The notes below the pieces were generated by a model. It did not search any database. It was given only the letters and a program-made list of their open reading frames with translations, and had not been told where the DNA came from. From positions 60,001 through 92,000 of the forward strand of contig JAIPHU010000002.1 in assembly GCA_021735045.1 (NCBI GenBank): a DNA stretch of 32,000 bases, read 5' to 3'. Position numbers and translations under genes: made by a program. Origin of the DNA: Candidatus Omnitrophota bacterium (GTDB lineage: Bacteria > Omnitrophota > Gorgyraeia > Duberdicusellales > 4484-171). Positions 1 through 8,537 of this stretch are shown piece after piece; the first letter of the stretch is position 1, and every line of letters begins with the position of its first letter.

Positions 1-1227
1 CATTGGGAAAAAGAAAAAGAGATCATTACTCAAATCCGCAACAAGAAAGAAGAGATCGATAAATTAAAAAATCAAACAGTTGAATTAGAAAAGGAGGGTA
101 AATTAGATAAAGTCGCTGAAATTAGATATGGAAGAATTCCAGAACTTTCTGCTCAAGTCGAAGATTTTAACAAAAAGTTAATTAAATTACAAAAAAATGA
201 AAAGATGTTAAAAGAAGAGGTTGATCAAGAAGATATTGCTCAGATTGTATCCCGTTGGACCCATATTCCAGTTTCTCGTTTGATGGAAGAAGAAGTTAAA
301 AAATTGCTCCATATGGAAGAGGAGATTGAAAAAAGAGTAGTGGGTCAAAATCAGGCGGTAACTTTGATATCTGATTGTGTGCGCCGGGCTCGTTCTGGCC
401 TAGCAGATCCCAACAAACCATTAGGCTCGTTTATTTTTGCCGGGCCAACCGGTGTAGGTAAGACCGAACTGGCGAAGGCTTTAGCGGAGTTTTTATTTGA
501 TACAGAAGATGCATTGATTACCTTAGATATGAGTGAATATATGGAGAAGTTTGCGGTTTCTCGTTTGGTGGGAGCTCCTCCTGGTTATGTCGGCTACCAA
601 CAAGGGGGACAGTTAACCGAGAAAGTAAGAAGACAACCTTATTCGGTAATATTATTTGACGAGATAGAAAAAGCCCATCCGGATGTATTTAACATTCTTT
701 TACAAATTTTAGATGAAGGCCGGCTTACTGATTCACAAGGCCGAATTGTAAACTTTAAAAATACTTTAATTATCATGACTTCTAACGTTGGAAATCAGTT
801 CTTTAACGATCCTCAAGTAAAAAAAGAGATAATTGAAAGAAACTTAAGACAGGAGTTAAAGAAACACTTTCGCCCGGAACTGTTAAACCGCCTAGATAGT
901 ATTGTTGTTTTTAACAGCCTTGAGCTCTCTGAGATCAAAAAAATAGTAGATATTCAAATGCAAACCATCAAGAAGAGATTGGCAGATAAAAATATAAAGG
1001 TCGAGCTCACACCTCTAGTCCGTGATTTTTTGGCAGAAAGAGGATTTTCGCCTGAATATGGTGCAAGGCCCTTGAAACGGGTAATTCAGCGGTTGGTAGT
1101 TAATCCTTTAAGCGTTGATTTGATAAAGGGGAGATTTATGCCAGGAGATAAAATAAAGGTTAAAAAGGAAGATAAGCAGATATTTTTTGTAAAACTAAAA
1201 CAAGATAAAAAAAAGGAGGATAAGTGA
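1..1227 (+). CDS. clpB: ClpB disaggregase, C-terminal part (5' end outside the window)
   Basis: Frame 1 is open from base 1 (HWEKEKEIITQIRNKKEEIDKLK..., coiled-coil middle domain) and runs into the tracked ORF. Second AAA+ module: Walker A GPTGVGKTELAK, Walker B ILFDEIEKAH, GARPLKR sensor motif. Confidence 0.9.
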   Translation, partial: HWEKEKEIITQIRNKKEEIDKLKNQTVELEKEGKLDKVAEIRYGRIPELSAQVEDFNKKLIKLQKNEKMLKEEVDQEDIAQIVSRWTHIPVSRLMEEEVKKLLHMEEEIEKRVVGQNQAVTLISDCVRRARSGLADPNKPLGSFIFAGPTGVGKTELAKALAEFLFDTEDALITLDMSEYMEKFAVSRLVGAPPGYVGYQQGGQLTEKVRRQPYSVILFDEIEKAHPDVFNILLQILDEGRLTDSQGRIVNFKNTLIIMTSNVGNQFFNDPQVKKEIIERNLRQELKKHFRPELLNRLDSIVVFNSLELSEIKKIVDIQMQTIKKRLADKNIKVELTPLVRDFLAERGFSPEYGARPLKRVIQRLVVNPLSVDLIKGRFMPGDKIKVKKEDKQIFFVKLKQDKKKEDK

Positions 1228-1559
1228 AGGTAGAAATTTCATTTAAATATTTAAAAAAGAGCAGTTTTGTTAATAGTGTTTTAGACAGTGATATAGAAAA
1301 AATAAAACGTAAACTGCAGATATTTAAAAAAGATGATCCAGTTCATCTTTCAGTACATATTGAGAAAAATCCTCACAAGGAAGAGTATTATTGCCGGTCT
1401 CATATTTACCTGCCTAAAGCTAAAACAATTGTGGCTAATGAAAAAAGTAGGAATGTAACCGCAGCAATCAACAAGAGCTTTCGGGGTTTAAGTAGGCAGC
1501 TGGCTAAGGTTAAGACCAAGCTGGAGAAACATCTCCAAAAAAAAAGAACTCGAAGATAA
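1224..1559 (+). CDS. hpf: Ribosome hibernation factor / RaiA-YfiA family (short form)
   Basis: 111 aa, GTG start overlapping the clpB stop (GTGA). Family-like pattern ...EKSRNVTAAINKSFRGLSRQLAKVKTKLEKH resembles the HPF C-terminal helix (AID..KL.RQL.K.K.K). Confidence 0.7.
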   Translation: MKVEISFKYLKKSSFVNSVLDSDIEKIKRKLQIFKKDDPVHLSVHIEKNPHKEEYYCRSHIYLPKAKTIVANEKSRNVTAAINKSFRGLSRQLAKVKTKLEKHLQKKRTRR

Positions 1560-1572
1560 TTTAGATAAGAGC

Positions 1573-1600
1573 TTGACACAAAAGTTTTGTATGCTAACAT
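1573..1600 (+). promoter_or_regulatory. Sigma70-type promoter of the hrcA operon
   Basis: -35 TTGACA (1573-1578), 16-nt spacer, extended -10 TGcTAACAT (1592-1600). It lies immediately upstream of the CIRCE element. Confidence 0.6.
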
Positions 1601-1601
1601 A

Positions 1602-1628
1602 TTAGCACTCCCCGATTCAGAGTGCTAA
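1602..1628 (+). promoter_or_regulatory. CIRCE operator (HrcA binding site)
   Basis: TTAGCACTC-cccgattca-GAGTGCTAA is a perfect match to the CIRCE consensus TTAGCACTC-N9-GAGTGCTAA. It sits 24 nt upstream of the hrcA ATG. Confidence 0.92.
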
Positions 1629-1652
1629 ACTAAATTAAAAAGTAGTTAAACT

Positions 1653-2387
1653 ATGGGAAAAACTATTAATAAAAAAGAAAGAGAAGCGGAAATCCTTGAG
1701 CTAATAATTAGCAGTTATATCCGGGAATCTAAGCCGATTAGTTCTAGTTACCTTTGTTCTGAATATGATCTTGACTATTCTTCGGCTACTGTCCGTAGTG
1801 TAATGCATAATCTAGAGGAAAAAGGGTTGATTGCACATATTCATACTTCTAGCGGAAGAGTTCCGACCAAAGAAGGGTTTAAGTATTATGTAGCAACTTT
1901 GAATCCAGAACGTTTTGGTACCTTTTACAATGTAGAGTTAGATTTTTCTTCTCTAACCAGTTTACATCAGATAATGCAATATAGTTTGGATAGTCTGTCT
2001 TCTGCCAGCGGCTACACATCTCTTTTAGGGATAAATGCTAAAGATAGCCGATTTTCTTTTCGGGGCACCAGATGTATTCTAAATCAGCCGGAGTTTGAAG
2101 ATATAAAGGTTCTAAGAAATATTTTTTACGCGCTGGAAGTAAAGATTGATAAACTACAAAAAATTCTCTTTAATTTTATGAGTGAAAAAGTAAGGGTTTT
2201 AATCGGCAATGATATAGATTTTTCTGAAATATCTGAATGTTCCCTTGTCTTGTCTGGTTTTAAAGATGAAGATATTTCATTAGTCTTAGCGCTGCTGGGC
2301 CCGGTAAGGATGAACTATCTTAGGGCTGCTTCTTGTTTGTATTCGGTTAAAAACCAGCTTAAAGATTCAGTGCATAATTTTGTTTAG
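1653..2387 (+). CDS. hrcA: Heat-inducible transcription repressor HrcA (compact, 244 aa)
   Basis: N-terminal winged-helix region (REAEILELII..., SATVRSVMHNLEEKGLI, SSGRVPTKEGFKYYV) and C-terminal LLGPVRMNY motif. Positioned behind CIRCE and ahead of grpE-dnaK-dnaJ. Confidence 0.85.
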   Translation: MGKTINKKEREAEILELIISSYIRESKPISSSYLCSEYDLDYSSATVRSVMHNLEEKGLIAHIHTSSGRVPTKEGFKYYVATLNPERFGTFYNVELDFSSLTSLHQIMQYSLDSLSSASGYTSLLGINAKDSRFSFRGTRCILNQPEFEDIKVLRNIFYALEVKIDKLQKILFNFMSEKVRVLIGNDIDFSEISECSLVLSGFKDEDISLVLALLGPVRMNYLRAASCLYSVKNQLKDSVHNFV

Positions 2388-2399
2388 GTGGAGGTAGAG

Positions 2400-3011
2400 A
2401 TGAGTAAGAAAAAAAATAAACAAGATAAAAAAACAGAACAAACAGATAACCAAAAAGATAAGGAACAAAATTTAAAATCTAAAGAAACAGAGGCAGAGAT
2501 GATTGCCAAGCAAAAACAAGAGTATCAAGATTTGTGGAACAGGTATCTTAGGCTCCAAGCAGAATTTGATAATTACCGCAAAAGATCTTTGCAAGAAAAG
2601 GCAGAGTTTATTAAATTTGCCAATCAGGGCCTTATCTCAGAATTAATCGGTATTTTAGATAATTTTGAGTTAAGTGTTAAATACGCTGATAAAAAAGATG
2701 ATTTTAAGTTGATGCATCAAGGTGTGGATATGATTATAAAACAGCTTCATACTCTTCTTAAGTCCAAGGGGCTGGAGAAAATAAAAACGGTGGGAGAAAA
2801 ATTTGATCCTCATAAACACGATGCTTTAACTACGGTTGAAGACCAAGGCCTAGATAGTGATACAGTAGTTGAAGAGTTACAAACTGGATATTTACTTTCG
2901 GGCAGAATTTTACGTCCCGCTAAGGTAAAAGTGGCAAAACCAAAAAAAAGTTCTCAAGAAGAGGGGAGAAGCAAAGAGCAACCAGAAGATAATAAAGAAG
3001 AAAAAAAATAA
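2400..3011 (+). CDS. grpE: Nucleotide exchange factor GrpE
   Basis: RLQAEFDNYRKR motif and C-terminal FDPHKHDA...GY...GRILRPAKV. I prefer ATG 2400 (GGAGG at 2390-2394, 5-nt spacing) over the tracked GTG 2388. Confidence 0.9.
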   Translation: MSKKKNKQDKKTEQTDNQKDKEQNLKSKETEAEMIAKQKQEYQDLWNRYLRLQAEFDNYRKRSLQEKAEFIKFANQGLISELIGILDNFELSVKYADKKDDFKLMHQGVDMIIKQLHTLLKSKGLEKIKTVGEKFDPHKHDALTTVEDQGLDSDTVVEELQTGYLLSGRILRPAKVKVAKPKKSSQEEGRSKEQPEDNKEEKK

Positions 3012-3052
3012 AGGTATTCGCTAAATAATAACATTTTTAATGGAGGTAGAAG

Positions 3053-4972
3053 ATGGCAAAAATAATTGGAATTGATTTAGGTACATCGAACTCATCAGCA
3101 GCTATAATGGAAGGTGGAAGACCTTCAATAATTCCTTCGGCTGAAGGCGCTGGAGTTGCAAGTGGAAAAGCTTTTCCTTCAGTAGTTGCTTTTACTAAAG
3201 ACGGGCAAAAATTGGTAGGCGAACCGGCTCGCAGGCAAGCTTCGGTCAATCCGGAAGGAACTATAAGCGGGGCAAAAAGAAAAATGGGGACGCAGTTTAA
3301 ATTTAAAGTTTACGATAAAGAGTATACCCCGCAACAAATTTCTGCTTTTGTTTTACAAAAAATAAAAGCAGATGCCCAAAGTTATTTAGGTGGTGAAATA
3401 AAAGATGCAGTTGTGACTGTACCGGCTTATTTTAACGATAATCAGAGGCAAGCAACAAAAGATGCAGGTACTATTGCTGGTTTGAATATAAAAAGAATTA
3501 TCAATGAACCTACTGCAGCTTGTCTTGCTTATGGCTTAAATAAAGTTGGCAAGGAACTTAAGATCATGGTTTTTGATTTTGGTGGAGGAACCTTAGATGT
3601 AACTATTATGGAGATGTGGGAAGAGGGCGGTTTTAAAGTCCTTTCTACCCATGGTGATACAAACTTAGGTGGACGGGATATGGATCAAGCTTTAGTTGAC
3701 TATATCGCAGAAGATTTTAAAAAAGAAACTGGTATTGACCTACGCAAAGATAAGATGGCAGATCAACGTTTGAGAGAGGCGGCAGAAAAAGCTAAAATTG
3801 AATTATCCAGCACTCTAACTACCGAGATTAATCTTCCCTTTATTACAGCTGATCAATCTGGCCCTAAGCATCTTACTAAAACAATCAATAGAGCAAAATT
3901 AGAAGATTTAGTAAAGTCTATTGTAGAAAAGACTGAAGGGCCAATTAAGCAAGCAGTAAATGATGCAAAGCTTACTACCAAAGATATTGATAAAATTATT
4001 ATGGTAGGGGGGCCGACTCGGATGCCGCTTGTGCAAAAAACAGTCGAAGATTTCGTAGGAACAAAGATTGAAAGAGGGATTGATCCTATGGAATGTGTAT
4101 CAATGGGCGCTGCAATTCAAGGTTCTATTATCACCGGAGAGACTAAAGATGTCCTCTTGCTTGATGTTACACCCTTATCATTAGGCCTGGAAACATTAGG
4201 AGGAGTTTTTACTAAACTCATTCCTAGAAACACTACGATACCTACTAAAAAAAGCCAAATTTTTTCAACTGCAGAAGATAATCAAACTGCAGTAACTATT
4301 AGAGTCTTGCAAGGTGAAAGAGAGATGGCTAAAGGAAATACTGAGTTAGGTAGGTTTGATCTTGTTGGTATTCCTCCTGCACCTCGAGGTGTCCCTCAGA
4401 TTGAAGTTACTTTTGATATTGATTCTAATGGAATTGTCCATGTATCGGCTAAAGACAAAGGTACTGGCAAAGAACAGTCAATAAGGATAACTGCTCCGCA
4501 AAAACTTTCAGATGAGGATATTGATAAAATGGTTAAGGAAGCAGAAAAACATGCCGAAGAAGACAAAAAACAAAAAGAATTGATTGAAGTTAAAAATAAA
4601 GCAGATTCAGTAGTTTATACTACAGAAAAATCACTAAAAGATTATGGAGACAAGATCTCTGATCAAGAAAAGAAAACAATAGAAGAAAAGGTTAATAATT
4701 TAAAAGAAATTTTGAAAAAATCTGATAGTACCAAAGAACAAATTGAAAAGGCTATGGAAGAGGCTACACAAGCTTCTCACAAGCTGGCTGAACAGATGTA
4801 TAAAGCTCAAGGCGCACAACAACAGCAAAAACAAGCTGGAACCGGTGGGCCGGGCCAAGAAGGAGCTCAAAGTTCAGAGGATCAGCAGCAACAAGCTCAG
4901 CAGCAAAGCAAAGGAGAAGAAGACGTAGTTGATGCTGAATATAAGGAAGAAGACAACAAAGACAATAAATAG
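3053..4972 (+). CDS. dnaK: Hsp70 chaperone DnaK
   Basis: [73 protein letters not shown] upstream. Confidence 0.97.
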   Translation: MAKIIGIDLGTSNSSAAIMEGGRPSIIPSAEGAGVASGKAFPSVVAFTKDGQKLVGEPARRQASVNPEGTISGAKRKMGTQFKFKVYDKEYTPQQISAFVLQKIKADAQSYLGGEIKDAVVTVPAYFNDNQRQATKDAGTIAGLNIKRIINEPTAACLAYGLNKVGKELKIMVFDFGGGTLDVTIMEMWEEGGFKVLSTHGDTNLGGRDMDQALVDYIAEDFKKETGIDLRKDKMADQRLREAAEKAKIELSSTLTTEINLPFITADQSGPKHLTKTINRAKLEDLVKSIVEKTEGPIKQAVNDAKLTTKDIDKIIMVGGPTRMPLVQKTVEDFVGTKIERGIDPMECVSMGAAIQGSIITGETKDVLLLDVTPLSLGLETLGGVFTKLIPRNTTIPTKKSQIFSTAEDNQTAVTIRVLQGEREMAKGNTELGRFDLVGIPPAPRGVPQIEVTFDIDSNGIVHVSAKDKGTGKEQSIRITAPQKLSDEDIDKMVKEAEKHAEEDKKQKELIEVKNKADSVVYTTEKSLKDYGDKISDQEKKTIEEKVNNLKEILKKSDSTKEQIEKAMEEATQASHKLAEQMYKAQGAQQQQKQAGTGGPGQEGAQSSEDQQQQAQQQSKGEEDVVDAEYKEEDNKDNK

Positions 4973-4983
4973 ATTATAACTTA

Positions 4984-5014
4984 TAGCTCATAGCTCTTAG
5001 CTCATGGCTCATAG
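4984..5014. repeat. Heptamer tandem array TAGCTCA/TAGCTCT/TAGCTCA/TGGCTCA/TAG
   Basis: Read directly, 12 nt after the dnaK stop. The complementary units ATGAGCC/ATCAGCC/ATGAGCC lie at 5054-5074. Confidence 0.85.
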
Positions 5015-5067
5015 TTTTACAGGACATTTAATTTTTTCGGTAAACTATTAGCGATGAGCCATCAGCC

Positions 5068-6195
5068 ATGAGCCAAGAACTAATTATGAATACACAAAGA
5101 GATTACTACGAAGTTTTGGGTTTACAGAAAGGCGCCTCGATAGAGGAAGTAAAAAAGGCTTATCGTAAGCTTGCGATGAAGCATCATCCGGATCGAGTTT
5201 CTGAAGACAAGAAAAAAGAAGCTGAAGAGAAGTTTAAAGAGATTTCGGAGAGTTATGCTGTTTTAAGTGATCCTAAGAAAAAACAGCTTTATGATCAGTA
5301 TGGGCATGCCGGGGTAGATTCACGCTACAGCCAGGAAGATATTTTTAGAGGAGCTAACTTCTCTGATATTTTTGGTGGTGGTGGAGGTGCTGGATTTGAA
5401 GATATTTTTGGCAGTATTTTTTCTGATTTTGGCTTTGATATGTTTGGTGGAGGCGGCCGAGGCAGAAGAGGTGGTTTTAAGCAGTCTTCTGGTGAAAGTA
5501 TTCAAGCCCGAATCAAGATTAGCCTAGAGGAAGCTGCATTTGGCGCAGAGAAGGAAATAAGCTACTATAGATTTGATCCCTGCCCGAGGTGTTCAGGTAC
5601 GGGAGTTAAACCTGGTTCTTCTAAGGTTACCTGTTCTCTTTGTAAAGGTACAGGGACAGTTAGAAGTGGGATGGGTTTTATCAGTGTTTCCCAGACTTGC
5701 CCGAACTGTCGGGGCCGGGGAAAAGTTATTAAAGATCGCTGCCGTCAATGTTCTGGAGAAGGACGAGTAAAAAAGCAACACCGGATGAAGGTAAAGATTC
5801 CTAAAGGTGTAAAAGATGGTTCAATTTTACGTCTTAATAAAGAAGGTAGTTTTTCCGGCCAGGCGCGGGGCGATCTCTATCTTCATATTACAATATCCTC
5901 TCATCCGCAATTTAGGCGTGAAGGTAAGAATCTACGTTGCCATATAGGGGTTGATGCTTTAGATGTTATTTTAGGAACTGAGATTAAAGTACCTACATTA
6001 AATGGGAAAGTAAAAATGAAAATTCCTGCCGGGACACAACCAGACACAGTATTTAGGCTAAAAAATAAAGGTATGCCAGAACTAAACTCAAGTCGGTTTG
6101 GTGATGAATTAGTTGAAGTAGGAATTAGAATTCCAAAAAAGGTTTCAAAAAAGGAGAAAAAACTTTTTGAAGAAATAGCTAAAATGCGCAAGTAA
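5068..6195 (+). CDS. dnaJ: Co-chaperone DnaJ (type I)
   Basis: J domain (DYYEVLGL...HHPDR), G/F-rich linker, four CxxCxGxG zinc motifs ([32 protein letters not shown]). Start is ambiguous: ATG 5068 or ATG 5086 ([10 protein letters not shown]). Neither has an SD. Confidence 0.92.
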   Translation: MSQELIMNTQRDYYEVLGLQKGASIEEVKKAYRKLAMKHHPDRVSEDKKKEAEEKFKEISESYAVLSDPKKKQLYDQYGHAGVDSRYSQEDIFRGANFSDIFGGGGGAGFEDIFGSIFSDFGFDMFGGGGRGRRGGFKQSSGESIQARIKISLEEAAFGAEKEISYYRFDPCPRCSGTGVKPGSSKVTCSLCKGTGTVRSGMGFISVSQTCPNCRGRGKVIKDRCRQCSGEGRVKKQHRMKVKIPKGVKDGSILRLNKEGSFSGQARGDLYLHITISSHPQFRREGKNLRCHIGVDALDVILGTEIKVPTLNGKVKMKIPAGTQPDTVFRLKNKGMPELNSSRFGDELVEVGIRIPKKVSKKEKKLFEEIAKMRK

Positions 6196-6222
6196 AAGCT
6201 CAGAATTAAAAAGGAGTAAAAA

Positions 6223-6486
6223 ATGCCTACCTATGATTATCGATGCCTAAAATGCGGAAAAGTATTTGAAGCTTTTCAAAAGATAAGTGATAAACCTTTA
6301 GAAAAATGTATTTACTGTAAGGGTAAAGTTGAGCGATTGATTAGTTCTGGATCAGGAATTATTTTTAAAGGTAGCGGTTTTTATGAGACAGACTATAAGC
6401 AAAAAAACCGTAGAACTACTTCTGGCAACGACCAGCAATGCAAAAAATGCTCAGATAACAACTGCGACCTAAAAAAGGATAAGTGA
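6223..6486 (+). CDS. FmdB-family zinc-ribbon protein
   Basis: MPTYDYRCLKCG...(CxxC)...CIYCKG...ISSGSGIIFKGSGFY is typical of the CxxC_CxxC_SSSS family. SD AAGGAG upstream. Confidence 0.75.
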   Translation: MPTYDYRCLKCGKVFEAFQKISDKPLEKCIYCKGKVERLISSGSGIIFKGSGFYETDYKQKNRRTTSGNDQQCKKCSDNNCDLKKDK

Positions 6487-7679
6487 TGGGTCAAACCATT
6501 AAACCATTTAAGGCAACGCACTACAATCCAAATTTATTTAACGATTTTTTAAAAATAGCTTGTCCTCCCTATGATGTGATTAACAGCAAGAGAGCTGCAT
6601 TTTTAAAAAAACGCTCTCCTTATAACTATTGTCGAATTAGTCTTGCTGAAGGCAAAAATTATGATAAACCTGCTTGTAATTTGCAAAAGTGGCTTGACCG
6701 AAAAGTTCTAGTTGATGATTCGAAAAGAAATTATTATCTGTATCAGCAAGAATTTGTAATAAGGAAAAAGAAAATTTTTCGTTATGGTGTTCTTTGCTTG
6801 CTTAATATGAAGAAAAAAGAAATTTTTCCCCACGAGCATACCTTAGATAAACCTAAAGAAGACCGTAAAAAGATGATAGCAAAACTTAAGGCAAATTTAA
6901 GCCCGGTTTTTGTGATTGCTGGCAATACAGACAGTTCTTTAGATGCTATAGCGAAAAAATATAGAAAAAAAGAGCCATTCATTAAATTTAAAGACGATGA
7001 AAATAATTTTAATTGTCTTTGGAAAATAAGTGAAAAAAAAGATATATCACAAATTTCATCTTCCTTAGAAGGTTCGTATCTGGTTATTGCTGATGGACAC
7101 CATCGATTTGAAACTTCATTTGATTATTTTCAAAAAAATAAGAATAAGTTTAAAGATCTTAACTATATTCTTGCTTATGTCACTATTCCACAACCGGGAT
7201 TGGTGATACTGCCTACACATCGAATCATTTCTTCAACTATAAAAAATCAGGATAATTTCAATAAATTAAAGGAGCTGTTTAAGGTAAAACTAATAGATAA
7301 AAAAAATCTGGAGAAAAAATTAAATACTATCAAAAAATTTTGTTTTGGAATATATTGGAATAAGAAATATTATCTTGCAACCTTGCAAAATAATAACATT
7401 TTAGATACAATATCTCCACCGATATATAAAAAATTAGATACTTATGTTTTTCATCAATCTGTTTTATCTAAGATATCTTACAATAAAATAAGTTATACTC
7501 ATAGTATTGACCAAGCAGAGAAAAATACTAAAAGTAATCAGATGGCATTTTTATTAAAAGCAACGCCTTTAGATTCAGTTTTTGATATTGCAAAGGCTGG
7601 TTATAAGTTACCACAGAAATCTACTTATTTTTATCCAAAAATATTTTCTGGTTTAGTCCTGCGGAGATTTAAGAAATGA
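6486..7679 (+). CDS. DUF1015 family protein
   Basis: IADGHHRFETS and the C-terminal KSTYFYPK..SG pattern are typical of DUF1015. ATG 6486 overlaps the upstream TGA (TGATG). Confidence 0.65.
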   Translation: MGQTIKPFKATHYNPNLFNDFLKIACPPYDVINSKRAAFLKKRSPYNYCRISLAEGKNYDKPACNLQKWLDRKVLVDDSKRNYYLYQQEFVIRKKKIFRYGVLCLLNMKKKEIFPHEHTLDKPKEDRKKMIAKLKANLSPVFVIAGNTDSSLDAIAKKYRKKEPFIKFKDDENNFNCLWKISEKKDISQISSSLEGSYLVIADGHHRFETSFDYFQKNKNKFKDLNYILAYVTIPQPGLVILPTHRIISSTIKNQDNFNKLKELFKVKLIDKKNLEKKLNTIKKFCFGIYWNKKYYLATLQNNNILDTISPPIYKKLDTYVFHQSVLSKISYNKISYTHSIDQAEKNTKSNQMAFLLKATPLDSVFDIAKAGYKLPQKSTYFYPKIFSGLVLRRFKK

Positions 7680-8506
7680 ATATTTTTAAAAAGACCTTTG
7701 GTTTTGGTAAGAAAAAAAGAGTGCCGGATGGGCTTTGGAGCAAATGCCCTAACTGTTCCCAACTTATCTTCAATAAGCTTTTAGATGAAAATCTAAAGGT
7801 TTGCCCTAAATGCAGTTATCATTTTGTTTTAACTTGTCATCAAAGACTTAAGTTATTGGTAGACCAGGGGAGTTTTATAGAGTTTGACAAAGAAATGACC
7901 TCGGATGACCCGCTTAATTTTTCTGGCCCGAAAAGTTATAAAGATAAACTTAACCAAGCAAAAGAAAAGACAAAGTTAAAAGAAGCAGTTATTACTGGTA
8001 CAGCTGAAATCAATAAAAGGTTAGTAGCTTTAGCGATTACTGATTCTCGTTTTATTATGGGGTCTATGGGCTCTGCCATGGGAGAAAAGATTACCCGGAT
8101 GATTGAGCAGGCAATTTTAAAAAGATTGCCTGTGATTATTACATCTGGATCCGGTGGAGGCGCCAGGATGTATGAGGGGATGTTCTCGTTGATGCAGATG
8201 GCAAAAACAAGCGGAGCTTTATTAAAATTAAAAGAAGCCGGACTGCCTTATTTATCTATCTTGACTCATCCTACTATGGCAGGAGTTTTAGCTTCTTTTG
8301 CTGGGTTAGGTGATATAACTATTGCAGAACCAGGAGCGCTTATCGGTTTTACTGGCCCTAGAGTAATAAAACAAACTATAAAGCAAGATCTTCCGGAGGG
8401 CTTTCAAACCTCTGAGTTTAATAAAGAACATGGTTTTATCGATTTGATAGTAGAGCGAAAAGAATTAAAAGAAAAAATTACAACTATTTTAGATTATTTA
8501 ACTTGA
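7676..8506 (+). CDS. accD: Acetyl-CoA carboxylase carboxyltransferase beta subunit
   Basis: N-terminal zinc ribbon CPNC...CPKC, then GSMGSAMGEKITR, SGGARMYEG and GPRVI. ATGA overlap with the upstream gene. Confidence 0.9.
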   Translation: MNIFKKTFGFGKKKRVPDGLWSKCPNCSQLIFNKLLDENLKVCPKCSYHFVLTCHQRLKLLVDQGSFIEFDKEMTSDDPLNFSGPKSYKDKLNQAKEKTKLKEAVITGTAEINKRLVALAITDSRFIMGSMGSAMGEKITRMIEQAILKRLPVIITSGSGGGARMYEGMFSLMQMAKTSGALLKLKEAGLPYLSILTHPTMAGVLASFAGLGDITIAEPGALIGFTGPRVIKQTIKQDLPEGFQTSEFNKEHGFIDLIVERKELKEKITTILDYLT

Positions 8507-8530
8507 CATAGATAGATTTATATTTAAAAT
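8503..8530 (+). promoter_or_regulatory. Candidate promoter directly abutting the ABC ATPase ATG
   Basis: -35 TTGACA (8503-8508, overlapping the accD stop), 16-nt spacer, -10 TAAAAT (8525-8530). The ATG at 8538 is 8 nt after the -10 box and there is no SD. Confidence 0.4.
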
Positions 8531-8537
8531 TTAAGCA

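Noticed and set aside
5054-5071. Five-codon mini-ORF (MSHQP) ending in ATGA overlap with the dnaJ ATG, considered as an independent coding feature
   Set aside because: It is too short, has no SD, and is explained by the repeat units themselves (ATGAGCC). It is mentioned only as part of the dnaJ start-region finding.
4984-5075. Short repeat arrays (here and at 11847, 17796, 19802, 22559), considered as CRISPR
   Set aside because: The units are 7-12 bp, directly abutting, with no spacers, and there are no cas genes. These are micro- or minisatellite-type arrays, not CRISPR.
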